A DNA stretch of 64,000 nt from Octopus bimaculoides. Taxonomy: Eukaryota. Positions 52,207 through 64,000 of the stretch are shown piece by piece; within the stretch, counting starts at the first letter, position 1; each line of letters begins with the position of its first letter. The translations under genes and the position numbers were made by a program. The stretch lies in assembly GCF_001194135.2 (NCBI RefSeq), contig NC_068982.1, positions 163,911,489 to 163,975,488 of the forward strand, written 5' to 3'. The notes beneath the pieces were generated by a model. It was not told the origin of the DNA and did not search any database. It saw nothing but the letters and a program-made list of their open reading frames with translations.

Positions 52207-54158
52207 AAGCATTTGGAATATATTTAAAAAGCACCTCACCTTAAACTTAGACCAAGAATAGTTGTGATATTTGATTTTCTGAATAACAACATATATTCTT
52301 CCATAGGGGTTCCATCCTAAATGCTCATTCTGGACTTACAATTGTTTCACAGCTGAATTTTGTAAACGCTTGTATATNNNNNNNNNNNNNNNNNNNNNNN
52401 NNNNNNNNNNNNNNNNNNNNNNNNNNNNNNNNNNNNNNNNNNNNNNNNNNNNNNNNNNNNNNNNNNNNNNNNNNNNNNNNNNNNNNNNNNNNNNNNNNNN
52501 NNNNNNNNNNNNNNNNNNNNNNNNNNNNNNNNNNNNNNNNNNNNNNNNNNNNNNNNNNNNNNNNNNNNNNNNNNNNNNNNNNNNNNNNNNNNNNNNNNNN
52601 NNNNNNNNNNNNNNNNNNNNNNNNNNNNNNNNNNNNNNNNNNNNNNNNNNNNNNNNNNNNNNNNNNNNNNNNNNNNNNNNNNNNNNNNNNNNNNNNNNNN
52701 NNNNNNNNNNNNNNNNNNNNNNNNNNNNNNNNNNNNNNNNNNNNNNNNNNNNNNNNNNNNNNNNNNNNNNNNNNNNNNNNNNNNNNNNNNNNNNNNNNNN
52801 NNNNNNNNNNNNNNNNNNNNNNNNNNNNNNNNNNNNNNNNNNNNNNNNNNNNNNNNNNNNNNNNNNNNNNNNNNNNNNNNNNNNNNNNNNNNNNNNNNNN
52901 NNNNNNNNNNNNNNNNNNNNNNNNNNNNNNNNNNNNNNNNNNNNNNNNNNNNNNNNNNNNNNNNNNNNNNNNNNNNNNNNNNNNNNNNNNNNNNNNNNNN
53001 NNNNNNNNNNNATATATATGAGAATTTGTTTAGAACTTTGAAAATCTAAGTTCTAATCTCAAAACGTGTAGTTATTTTAAAATTTTGTAATAGATTTATT
53101 TAAATACCAAACCGTTTTCGACAATGTTTTCTTATCAGTGGTAAAGATAAGAAATAAAAAACAAATAATTTCTTCTATTGATACCCCGTAAAATTGTTGA
53201 AACGGGTTTGTTATTTGAATAAATCTATTACAAAATTTAAAAAAGAACACATGTTTTGAGATTTAAGCGCATTTTCAAACCCCGAAACAAATTCTACTAT
53301 ATTCTTTCCCGAATGGGAATACACTTCCCTCCATATATTAGCAATATAAGCAGTATTAGTACCGATTAGTATTTTTTATATACTACCAATAAGAACGCTG
53401 TAATACTGCGGAATTCGTCTTGAGAGAAAATCTTTTATAGATATTTAGTACTTAAAAGCAAAAATCAATGACAGACGAAAATTGTCCAGCACCGGTAGAC
53501 TAAAACAAGATATTTTTGAACATTCTCCATTATAGCTAGTTTCATTTCAATTGAGGCTTTTCTGCTTAGATATTACTCATAATGTTACGTGTCTTTTTAA
53601 AAATAACAATTAGTGGTTTGCAAAATATTTGGTAACTATTTCTACAAGGTCGAGCAATAAAAATAAAGAAGCTTCCTTAGCACATTGCAAAGTTCTACCG
53701 TTATTTTCGAGACCCTTACTCTAGGACACTTATAGGTAACCTGTAAAATAGCTGACAGATCTCTGAACCGAAGTATTTTCAAACGGTAGAAGGCAAAACA
53801 ATAATTTTACGACTGGCTATCCAATGCAGTGCTAACTGGGGCGTTCAAGTTTTTTCCGACTCACATACAAGTATAAACTCGCATGCACGTGTACATAGCC
53901 ACACACACACACACACACACACATACACACACATGCGTCGAAACAAGAGAGGAAATTGGCTTCCAAAGACACATCATATATTATATTTATCCTTTTATTG
54001 TTTCGAATTTTCCCTTCGTTGCTTCTCCGATTTCCCTATTTGTGGATCGTTGTTTTGATGTATTGCAGGTATTGTTTGTAGGTATCACCTAAAATCATTC
54101 TTTAAAGCTGGACCGCAAGAGATGCTCATTTGACGAAGTGTTATTAGCTTTACTTATT

Positions 54159-54320
54159 GAAGCGAATTGGCAGAATTGGTAGAGTCTGAGAAAAATGTCT
54201 CAAGGTATTTAGTTACGGTTCTTTATGCTCTGGGTTGAAATCCTGCCGAGGTCAACTTTCAGGGTCGATTAAATAACGTACCAGTCAGATACTAAAATTA
54301 ATTTAATTGACCTCCTCCTC
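54159..54320 (+). mobile_element. SINE family A, decayed
   Basis: attggcagaattggtag...gggttgaaatcctgccgaggtcaactttcagggtcga. Confidence 0.7.
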
Positions 54321-55720
54321 ACAGTATCTAGCATCGTGCCTATGTTAGGGAAACCTATTACAATTTTTCTATAATTCATTGTATATGAACGTAGCTCGAA
54401 GACAAATGACGTCTGAAATACGTCTATAGAATGTAGATTTATTCTTTGAAAATCGACATTAACCATTTTAAATTATACAAGACAGTTGCAAGTTTAAGAG
54501 AAAGTATGTAATATATTTCTTCTGCTATATTTTCTCAAAGAGATGAAAAAACCCTTAAAAATTTACTGTCGACTAATTCACAATTAAACTTCCGTAGAAA
54601 TGAACATTTGAGTAGTTCCTTTCTGGCTAGAAATTTCAGAGACTTGAATATATTTGAACTTTTATATAATATCGCAATATATAACATTTAGAAAAAGAAT
54701 CTTCTAAAAATTTCAGAAGTATTTCAGTTAGAAAAACAAAACAAAACAAAACAAAAAAAAAAAACCTAAAACGTTAAATCTTCTTATAGATTTACCGATT
54801 TTGGTAATGTAGGAAGAACCTTTGATTTAAAGAATTGAATTAAAGTTGAAGAAGAAAATGTACGAGATAAATATTCTCTGAAGGTAAAAAAAATATCAAC
54901 AAAACCACTTTAAAATAAGATATATAATTCCTTGCAATCTTGAACAATTTTACGTTTTTTTTGCTAATATTTGAAGTAATACAGTCTTCGTATTTTTTCT
55001 TCATTTATGAGACAAATTCTACAACGTAGCAAGAAGGTTTAATTTTATTTTTTAACCTAATTTTAGTTTTTACTTTTGCATCTAAATAAAATATGTCTTA
55101 AGTATATTTTCCAAGCTTTCCATTCCTTATAGGAATGATGCCAATGTAGATGGCATGTCAAGAGAATTTTTAATCATTTTTAACAATCCTTTAGCTTCAT
55201 AAAAATGCATTTGCAATTTGATAAAAGCATTTCGTTAGATTCATTTAACTTGTAAACAGTTTTTCATTAAATGTTAACAGCCTTTTATTCTTTCTTATAA
55301 ACTCCATAATCAGTTTTCCTAGAGAATTCTTCATGTTATAGTTGCAAGTTATTGCATCATTTTTTTGTTTTAAGTTTAACCCTTAAACTTTTATGTGTAA
55401 TTGATGTTGTTGTTGGTGTGGCTGCTATTATTATAAAATATCTGTCTTTCTACATGGCCTTTGCCAACCAAAACCATTGACATTAGCTTTGCACGCAAAC
55501 AGAAATGTTCGGATGTATATATGGTTTCTACAATAATTGTCAAAAAGGTCGTTTGAACAGCAAGAAATATCAGCTAAATATCCCTTTTCTTCCGGATTAG
55601 ATAAGGTAGCCCTTGACGCAATGGGGTAGTCGTGATTACAATACCTTTCCTCATAAATTTGCTCATTTAGAAGTCACATGGTGTTAAACAATAACCTCTC
55701 CACCACCAACAACAATAGTG

Positions 55721-55784
<64 letters not shown>

Positions 55785-56074
55785 TGCATGATATGTATCT
55801 TAGTCAGAAGAAAAGCCTGGTAAAACTAAAGTTTTTATGCTTTCCGAAGTTGTCACGAAGGAACGTTGGTTGTTTTGCTGTTATTGTTGTAGCTTAGAGT
55901 CGACCCAGGTGAAAGGTGTTCTAGTCGAGGCCATTTTTGCCTCATGCGTATAATACCTAGAACTGAATTATCCCACCCCTTTTTTTAAAAAAACAAAAAC
56001 AGTGGGATATTGTTCCTCCGAGGAATCAGCCAATTCTAGTGCCTCTGTAGAAACTCTCTTTTTAACTCGTTAAA

Positions 56075-56289
56075 TTTTTCTACAAAAGGTACAAGGCCTG
56101 AAATTTTTTGGGAAAAAGCCTGTCAATTACATCGACCCTCTATACTCGACTGGTACTTATTTTATCAATCCTGAAAGGATGAAAGTCAGGTTAAACCGCT
56201 GCGGGATTTGAACGCTGAACATAAAACCGGAAGAAATACCAGTAAGTATTTTGTCCATCGTACTAACCATTTTGCCAGTTCGTTGCCTT
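56075..56289 (-). mobile_element. SINE family A
   Basis: Full diverged minus-strand copy. Confidence 0.82.
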
Positions 56290-56381
56290 AATGCTAGTAA
56301 AAAGAATGCTACTACTACTGTTCATATTCTTTAGCTTCAGGTTAATTGTAATTAAACAGATCTATAACGAAAGACATTCCA

Positions 56382-56578
56382 AAGGTGGTGCTAGAACGCC
56401 GGGCAAAACGCTTAGCGGTATTTGGTCTGCCTTTATGTTCTGACTTCAAATTCTGAACTTGACTTTGTCTGTCTTCCTTTCGAGGTCGATAAAATAAGTA
56501 CCAGTTGAGCATTAGGGTTGAAGTAATCAACTTACACCGCCCTCAAAATTGCTGGCTTGTGCCAAAAATTGAAACTAA
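56382..56578 (+). mobile_element. SINE family A
   Basis: Near-full copy with the 'ttgtgccaaaaattgaaac' tail. Confidence 0.85.
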
Positions 56579-56579
56579 T

Positions 56580-57160
56580 GAAAAGCATTCCAGCCATAGC
56601 TATCTAGATTTTTTTTAGGGATGTGCAGAACTACATTGTCTAATGTGACTTTTCTCTTTTTAAGACGGCGGAGTGCTACCTGATGGAGATTTGACTGTTA
56701 TTTCTGCCCTTTGGATTACATGGATGCTATCTTGTGTTGCATATGTTGGTGCTGTTGATGTTTATAAAGTTGTTTGACTCTAAATCAACTCTTCATGAGT
56801 ATACGTATACTAAAAAGCATTCCAGTCGTGACCACTCTGTACTTCTTTTACTAAGTACAACATACCCCAGGCTACATTACCAAATGTGCCTTTCCCTTTT
56901 TAGGGTGTGATTTGAAGGAAGTATGATTGCCATTTTTAGCACAATGAGTGACTCCATAGATATTCCGTTTTTTGGCTCACTGGCTCATCTCAAGAAAGGA
57001 GTTGTTGTTCAACTCCAGTCCTAAACAAGCAAACCTATGATTATAGTTATTCCAAACTTGACATGACCCTCTATTTGAGATACTCCAGAACTGCATTAGC
57101 TTATTCGAGGACGTTAGAGTGATTTGAGAGATTTCACTGTTATTTCTAGCAGGTCAAGCA
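56580..57160 (+). mobile_element. Cluster of about 3 decayed copies of repeat family D
   Basis: Recurrent 'gcattccag.c.tgacc...ctacatt.tc.aatgtg...gtgatttga.ggagattt.actg.tatttct' at about 56583, 56814 and 57047; similar pieces at about 7860-7980 and 55880-56050. Confidence 0.55.
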
Positions 57161-57164
57161 AATA

Positions 57165-58050
57165 ATGGTCTGATCAATAAGTATCTGGACTCTTACCATA
57201 GTAACGAAGCTAAAGAACGCAGAATAAATCCGCTTGGCACAGATTCATCTTGAACACAGTTGTGCTTGTGCATTAAGTTTTAACCTTCTAGCTCTCGTCC
57301 GTTGTTTACAGTCTTTGGAAGGAAGGTGTGTAGAGTGTGATCGTGGCAGTGACAATGACAGAAAAAGTGAGCAAAGAATCTGCATCAAATGTTGCCAAAA
57401 GCTTGGTGATACCTGCTCAGAGGCCTACGCAAAGTTTTCAAAAAGTTTTCATCGTTCTCGACAAAATCAAGATCTTGTGTAACTGGAACCCGAGTGTCTT
57501 TTAGGTCAGCTGAAAACAGTTTTAGCACAAACTCGGCGGACACGCGTCTTACACCCACATCTTCAGTGATAATGGACTGAGCTGAATCGTAACTAATCTG
57601 CAAATCCTCCGATAACTCACGGATGGTGATTCGACGATTTCCCCTCACACCTGCACGCACATCTGCGATATTTTTCTCAGTTCTGCTGGTTGCGGGTCTC
57701 CCAGAACGTTTGTCAATATCGACATTTTTTCGGCCATCTTGGAAACGTCTGACCCACTCGTACACTTGCGTGCGGCTCATATGCTCCTCTCCATACACTT
57801 TCCGCAACTTTGCGTAGGCCTCTGAGAGGATACCACCATGACAACTTTCTCTGTCATAGTCAATGCGACGATCACACGCTACACACCTCCCTTCCAAGCA
57901 CTGCTGTAAACAGTAGAAGTGAGCTAGGACGTTAAAACTTAGTGCTCATGCACAACAGTGTTCACTGTCAATCTATGCCGAGCAACTTTACTCTGCGTGC
58001 TTTAGCTTCGTTAGTATGGCAACAGTCTGGATACTTACTGATCAAACCTA

Positions 58051-58051
<1 letters not shown>
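57165..58051. mobile_element. mariner fold-back derivative made of two 5' ends
   Basis: Arms about 57165-57437 and 57806-58051 are inverted; TA follows at 58052. The plus arm encodes the transposase N-terminus (QRICIKCCQKLGDTCSEAYAK). The minus arm continues SEAYAKLRKVYGEEHMSRTQVYEWVRRFQDGR...RSGRP...RRITIRELSEDL (paired HTH domains). Confidence 0.9.
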
Positions 58052-58088
<37 letters not shown>

Positions 58089-58440
58089 ATGTTGTTTTGT
58101 TACCTCATCACGCGAAGGTAAGTATCTGCGTCTTCACTTTGTCTTGAAGCTTGAATGTTATGCTGACTGTTCCTTAGTTTCTTCACAACTGTTAATGTTC
58201 CACATATTGGCGAAAGCCATATAGAAGTGTTGTTTTTAGGGTATGAGGAACCCTAGTCGATTTATGGCATTCCACATATATATGTTACCTTCCTTCTTGC
58301 CGTTGTGTTCCTCGAGTAAAAACGTACTCTCCAGCGTCACACATTTCCCGTGTGTTTTTTTCTTCTTGAAACCGGCCCATATCATATCTAACTCCGAAAT
58401 TAAAACTCGTATTATTGTTTTTATCGAGTTCATTATCTTT

Positions 58441-58640
58441 TTATCTATACCATAATTGTGCTATTTATGCGTGCGCGTGTGTGCGCGTGAGAATTTTGTT
58501 AGCAAACTCCTTCGCAACCACTGGACCGATTTCGACCAAACTTGATATGAGGAACCGTGGGTACCAGGAGAGTGTCAACATTTATATGGGATTCCCGAAA
58601 TTTAACCGGTCTGGCTCCAATCTGATAAAATCCGACTAAA
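58441..58640 (+). mobile_element. Helentron/DINE-1-like non-autonomous element, 5' part
   Basis: ttatctatac start, short GT-rich tract, and core 'ggaccgatttcgaccaaacttg'; a similar core occurs at 59960-59985. Confidence 0.45.
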
Positions 58641-58874
58641 CGAATTACCCCTCTCTCACTATTCGACGACTCTCCATATGCTTACTACCTCTTTCTCTTA
58701 TAGAGAACTGTAGTGTGAGGAGTGATAATTGAAAGAATTCCATACAATGTTACCTCTCATAACTCTCTCTCTCTGTCTCTCTTTGTCTCTCTCTCCTACA
58801 TATTTACTGCTTCTCTTAACTCACCTCTCTTAACTGGTTGCGCTCTTATCCATTCTCATTTGGTGTTACTTAGA

Positions 58875-58921
<47 letters not shown>

Positions 58922-59192
58922 NNNNNNNNNNNNNNNNNNNNNNNNNNNNNNNNNNNNNNNNNNNNNNNNNNNNNNNNNNNNNNNNNNNNNNNNNNNNNNN
59001 NNNNNNNNNNNNNNNNNNNNNNNNNNNNNNNNNNNNNNNNNNNNNNNNNNNNNNNNNNNNNNNNNNNNNNNNNNNNNNNNNNNNNNNNNNNNNNNNNNNN
59101 NNNNNNNNNNNNNNNNNNNNNNNNNNNNNNNNNNNNNNNNNNNNNNNNNNNNNNNNNNNNNNNNNNNNNNNNNNNNNNNNNNNNNNNNNNNN

Positions 59193-59538
59193 ATTGAATT
59201 GCTCTAAACGAATTTGACCATAAAAATGTTGGAAATCTAGTATTTTTTAAGATATTAATAAAATTTGTCGGACCTATTTTCATGCCGTCGGCCGTCGGAA
59301 CTTTTGTTACGCCTGTTTATGTCGTTGCGTGTATGAATATGTTATTGAATGTACTTTCGTTTGATGTTTCACGCATGCGTAGAATGCTGAAATAGCAAAC
59401 GGAAAAAAAAAAAAAACGAAAATTTCGGAAATTTTGCGCATTCGACTGCATGAAAATAGGTTCGACTAATTTTATCACTACCTTAAAAAATACTAAATTT
59501 CCGACATTTTTATGGTCAAATTCTTTAGAGCAATTCAA
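59193..59538. mobile_element. MITE-like fold-back element with inverted arms of about 96 bp
   Basis: 59194-59290 and 59443-59538 are reverse complements (about 88% by eye); the left end runs into an N-gap. Confidence 0.8.
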
Positions 59539-59623
59539 CAACATAAAAATCGCACTTTAAAATAGTGTTTAGCGAGAGTGATGTAACTGTAATTAAATAC
59601 CCAAGTTAAATATCTTATATATT

Positions 59624-59822
59624 CTTTTCTACTCTAGGCACAAGGCCAGACATTTTTGGGGAGGGGGGCCAATCGGTTAGATTGATCTCAGTACGCAACT
59701 GGTACTTAATTTATCGACCCTGAAAGGATGAAAGCAAAATCGACCTCAGAACGTAAAGACAGACGAAGTACCGCTAAGCGTTTCACCCGGCGTGCTAACG
59801 TTTCTGCCAGCTTGCCACCTTG
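59624..59822 (-). mobile_element. SINE family A with a perfect 15-bp TSD
   Basis: aatatcttatatatt at 59609-59623 and 59823-59837. Confidence 0.93.
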
Positions 59823-59825
59823 AAT

Positions 59826-59847
59826 ATCTTATATATTAAAAGCAAGT

Positions 59848-59929
<82 letters not shown>

Positions 59930-60520
59930 GTGTAAACCACTTTTACTCCTACAATTTTCAACCGAATTTCACCAAATTTGACATGTGTTCTCTCTTTGAC
60001 TTAGGACGTTTTTTCTTATAATTTTTTCCTCGAAATTCCGTGCCCCCAACATAAATAGACTATTCTCAATTCGCCTAGGATCTGAACCTACCACGTCTAT
60101 GCAACGGTACGCGTTTGATCTTATACATTAAAAGGCACGTTGTCTGTGTGTGTGTTGTGTGAACCACTTCTACTCCTACAATTTTCAACCGACATGTGTT
60201 CTCTCTTTGACTTAGGACGCTTTTTCTTACAATTTTTTTCTGGAAATTTCGTGCCTCAACATAAATAGACTACTCTCAATTCGCCTAGGATTTGGCTTGA
60301 GCCAGCGATAAAACGTGACACCACACCCAGCTGGAAAAAAAACATTACTTTATTTTGTCAGCTGTGGCGAGCTCTTATTGACTGCTTGCACAGTACTGCC
60401 AGGAGTATTCATTTGCGAGTTACGATTTGCCTCTGTTTTCATCTTATGTCTCTAATAAATATTATTTACGGAACATTAAAATAACACTCGCGAGCGTGGA
60501 CGGTCGTTAATACCAAGGGA
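59826..60520 (+). mobile_element. Helentron/DINE-1-like element, head-to-tail duplicated
   Basis: Units 59826-60081 and 60118-60291 share atcttata.attaaaag, a GT tract, caattttcaaccga and cgcctaggat; the 3' end is uncertain. Confidence 0.55.
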
Positions 60521-61152
60521 GGTAACTATCTCCTTACAACTTAAGGTGGGATTAGAAATATGAATTTGAAATCAAAGACTTTGAAAATCATGCAATGAGT
60601 TTATATCTATATTGATAATCGTATGTAGTACTATTTCATTCTTTCTTAGAACGGTATTTTCCCAGCTCAAAGTGAACAAGGCGAACACTGAAAGTCTTCT
60701 TATAGGTAAAATACTCCAAAAGAAACTTTTTTACTAAGTGTAAAAGTGGTAAATCCAAAGGCAGAGAGAGAAAGAGAGAGGGGTAGAGGGAGAGAGAGAG
60801 GGAGAGAGNNNNNNNNNNNNNNNNNNNNNNNNNNNNNNNNNNNNNNNNNNNNNNNNNNNNNNNNNNNNNNNNNNNNNNNNNNNNNNNNNNNNNNNNNNNN
60901 NNNNNNNNNNNNNNNNNNNNNNNNNNNNNNNNNNNNNNNNNNNNNNNNNNNNNNNNNNNNNNNNNNNNNNNNNNNNNNNNNNNNNNNNNNNNNNNNNNNN
61001 NNNNNNNNNNNNNNNNNNNNNNNNNNNNNNNNNNNNNNNNNNNNNNNNNNNNNNNNNNNNNNNNNNNNNNNNNNNNNNNNNNNNNNNNNNNNNNNNNNNN
61101 NNNNNNNNNNNNNNNNNNNNNNNNNNNNNNNNNNNNNNNNNNNNNNNNNNNN

Positions 61153-61188
<36 letters not shown>

Positions 61189-63451
61189 GGGAGAGAAGGA
61201 AGCCGACTGAGAGGAAGAAAGAAAAGAAACGACTCTGGTAGAAGACTGATACTATATTGATCGACATTGAAAGAACCAAAGATAGGTGTGACCCCAGAAG
61301 TATTTGAACTCAGAGCAGTGGATAGAATGCTTCAAGGCAATATATCCAACTCTAAACATTCAGCCTATTTGCTGTGCCTCTCTCTCTATTTTCCCTCTCT
61401 CCCTCTCTCTCTGTCTCTCTCTCTGTGTGTGTCTCTCTCTCTCTCTGTGTCTCTCTCTCTCTATATATATATATACATACTTCCATACACACACACAAGC
61501 ACATGTCCGTGTGAGTGGATGAACTTCCATGCTAACTAGTTCACATGCGATAACTGTATGACAATATACAATGGTTTAAGGGTGTAAAAAGATCTGATAT
61601 TTTGTTATGATTCTTTTCCATAGCTTTTATCAGCAGAGAAGTTGCTGTGTCACAACCGGACACTGAAAGTGAATCATTTTATCCATGTAAATTTGGCTAA
61701 AATAATTATATTTACAACACAAGACCCAGGAAGAGACATGTTTTTTCTACTCTCAGTTATTACACCCAGCGTTTCTGTTTGAAAGAAATTCGAGACAGAA
61801 TTTATGATAATAGGTGTTAGTGGAATGTTATGTTTTGAAGTTTATACAGCTTTCAAACAAACAGACAACTTGCGCTCAACCTATTTACCTCAATTACTCA
61901 ATTCTTTTAGCTTATATCAGAATAAAAACCTATCATAGTGATATATTTTGCATAGAGTACTGATCCAATTTCAAAAATAATGGAGGTATCGATTTATTAA
62001 CTGTACTTATTTTATTGACCGTAAGAGATGAAACAATAAACGAGTCAAGCGAGGTTTGAAATTAGAACAGTGACACATTGAACCAAAGATTGTTAACGAC
62101 TAGTTCGGTTCTCTACTGAATGCATAAAAAATAAAAGCAAGATAACTTTTTTTATAAAATAAGTTTTTACTCTTAGAAAATGAGCAGGTGTTAATGTTAG
62201 TTTGCATCTGTTACTTGAAACAGTTTCTACATTTGACACCTGATAAACAAGAAAATTCAATTTTGTGAATAATAGTTAATTAAAATTTTTGTTTGTAATA
62301 AATTTTGATTCAATACATTTTTTTCCTCACTTTCCATCTATCTCTTCACAATTCTAATTAGTCCGTTATCTTTCTCACCTCTTCTATTAAATCTTTCAAA
62401 CAAATTCATCTCAACAACCGACCTAGATATCATCTCAAGTACTATTTTTTAATGTTCTGAATAATACCACTTCATATCATTTATGTCTGCAATGTTGTAA
62501 GAGATCTTTTCATGGGGAATGTTGCCTAATTTTTCTCTCTTTTCTCTCTAATTTTTATTTCCTCAGGCAAATGATTATATAATTTTTAGAATTGTACCGA
62601 TATACTCAACAACACTCCTTAACGCCCAGACTGTCTGGCTGCTGCTTGCACATTCATTCTCTCATTTGAATGTTCTTAACAACAATAATAAATGACAAAT
62701 TCATTATTATTATTATTATTATTATTGTCATTATTATTATTGTTGTTGTTGTTGTTGTTGTTGTGAGAGATGGAGAATGAATCGAAAATAACATTTTCCT
62801 TGCATTCAATGGTCTTATTTTTGCATTGAATTAAAGGATATATTTTAAGTTATTATGCTTAAAATAAAATCGAATACTATTATATTTTGTAAAACCAACA
62901 TAATAGGTGAAGAAAAATAGAGATGCTTACACAAATATGAGAATTTCATGTTGCTCGAATGTTCACAGGCAATAGTCAAATGCACGTTCAACAGAAAAAC
63001 ACAATAGACACGCACATACAAGCATATACACCTCACACAGACACGCACGTAAACGTATTTCAGTAAGGGATAAAAACATGACAATATCACAATATGAAAA
63101 TATGTAATATCCTGTTCCGATTGTAACAGGAATTATATTGGAAAACGAGATAGTTAAAGAGTAGCTGTACACAATCCATCAATTTAAGAACACAAAATAC
63201 GGTATTATGTCTAAGTGGGCAGAACTGAAATTTTACACGGTACACAATAATCATATTTACACTAGCCTTGTCTCAAAAATTTTCCACATAACCTCCTCAA
63301 TTAACGCATGGAAATAGAAAAGGAAAATATTATTATTTTAAATTGAACAAAACCTCTAAGAATTATATTCTTTAATATACTGAAGGAGATTAATAAAGTT
63401 ATAGGTGATTATCTCTATTGAAATTGCTTATATTTGTATATATATATATAT

Positions 63452-63560
<109 letters not shown>

Positions 63561-64000
63561 TACATACACATATACACATACATATGTATACACATAATTT
63601 TAATAATATAGGGTGAAATTAGTAATAATTTTACCAGGTAGCCAGTACGTAAATAAAAAAAAACCTTTTAGGTAAATTTTACAAGTTATTCTATAATTAT
63701 ATACGTAATTATAACAAGGGATCAGCTATGTGCCTCGCAACATACTGATTAGAAATAGACGCTAATGTCTGTCATACTACCATAAAATCCCCGAGAAAAT
63801 AACACACTTTTAATGTAGGCAAAAGAAAAACGATGAATTAAGAAGGCCGTGGTTAATTACAGACGCGTTTCAAACTTAAAAGTAAAACATAATTACCTAC
63901 TGTTCTCGTCAGCGTAATATTCACGAGTGATTTTAAATATGTATATAATTATAGAATAATATGTACACACACACACACACACACACACATATTTATAAGA

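Noticed and set aside
62521-62700. Strong polypyrimidine-CAG acceptor at 62566 followed by 42 open codons
   Set aside because: No donor, no homology and no linked upstream exon; plausible by chance.

Overview
This is AT-rich animal genomic DNA from a draft assembly, with about 15 N-gaps and very dense CA, TA, TCTA/TCTG and trinucleotide microsatellites. The repeat families and microsatellite load are most consistent with an octopus genome; this is inferred from recalled repeat families, not from a database search. No complete protein-coding gene can be supported. Almost all ORF-track entries are translated microsatellites, gaps or decayed transposon pieces. The window looks intronic or intergenic. 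It is dominated by tRNA-derived SINEs (about 17 copies of one family with three alternative 3' tails, plus other families), decayed non-LTR retrotransposons (RTE, CR1-like and two restriction-like-endonuclease elements), Tc1/mariner derivatives and Helentron/DINE-like elements. The most interesting signals are: (1) two candidate type I hammerhead ribozymes, one inside a tRNA-headed SINE-like element (1176-1424) and one inside a Penelope-like cassette of direct and inverted repeats (14050-14657); (2) two mariner fold-back derivatives, each built from two copies of the same transposon end; (3) other fold-back structures; (4) two isolated splice-signal candidates, a possible first coding exon and a 24-nt microexon.
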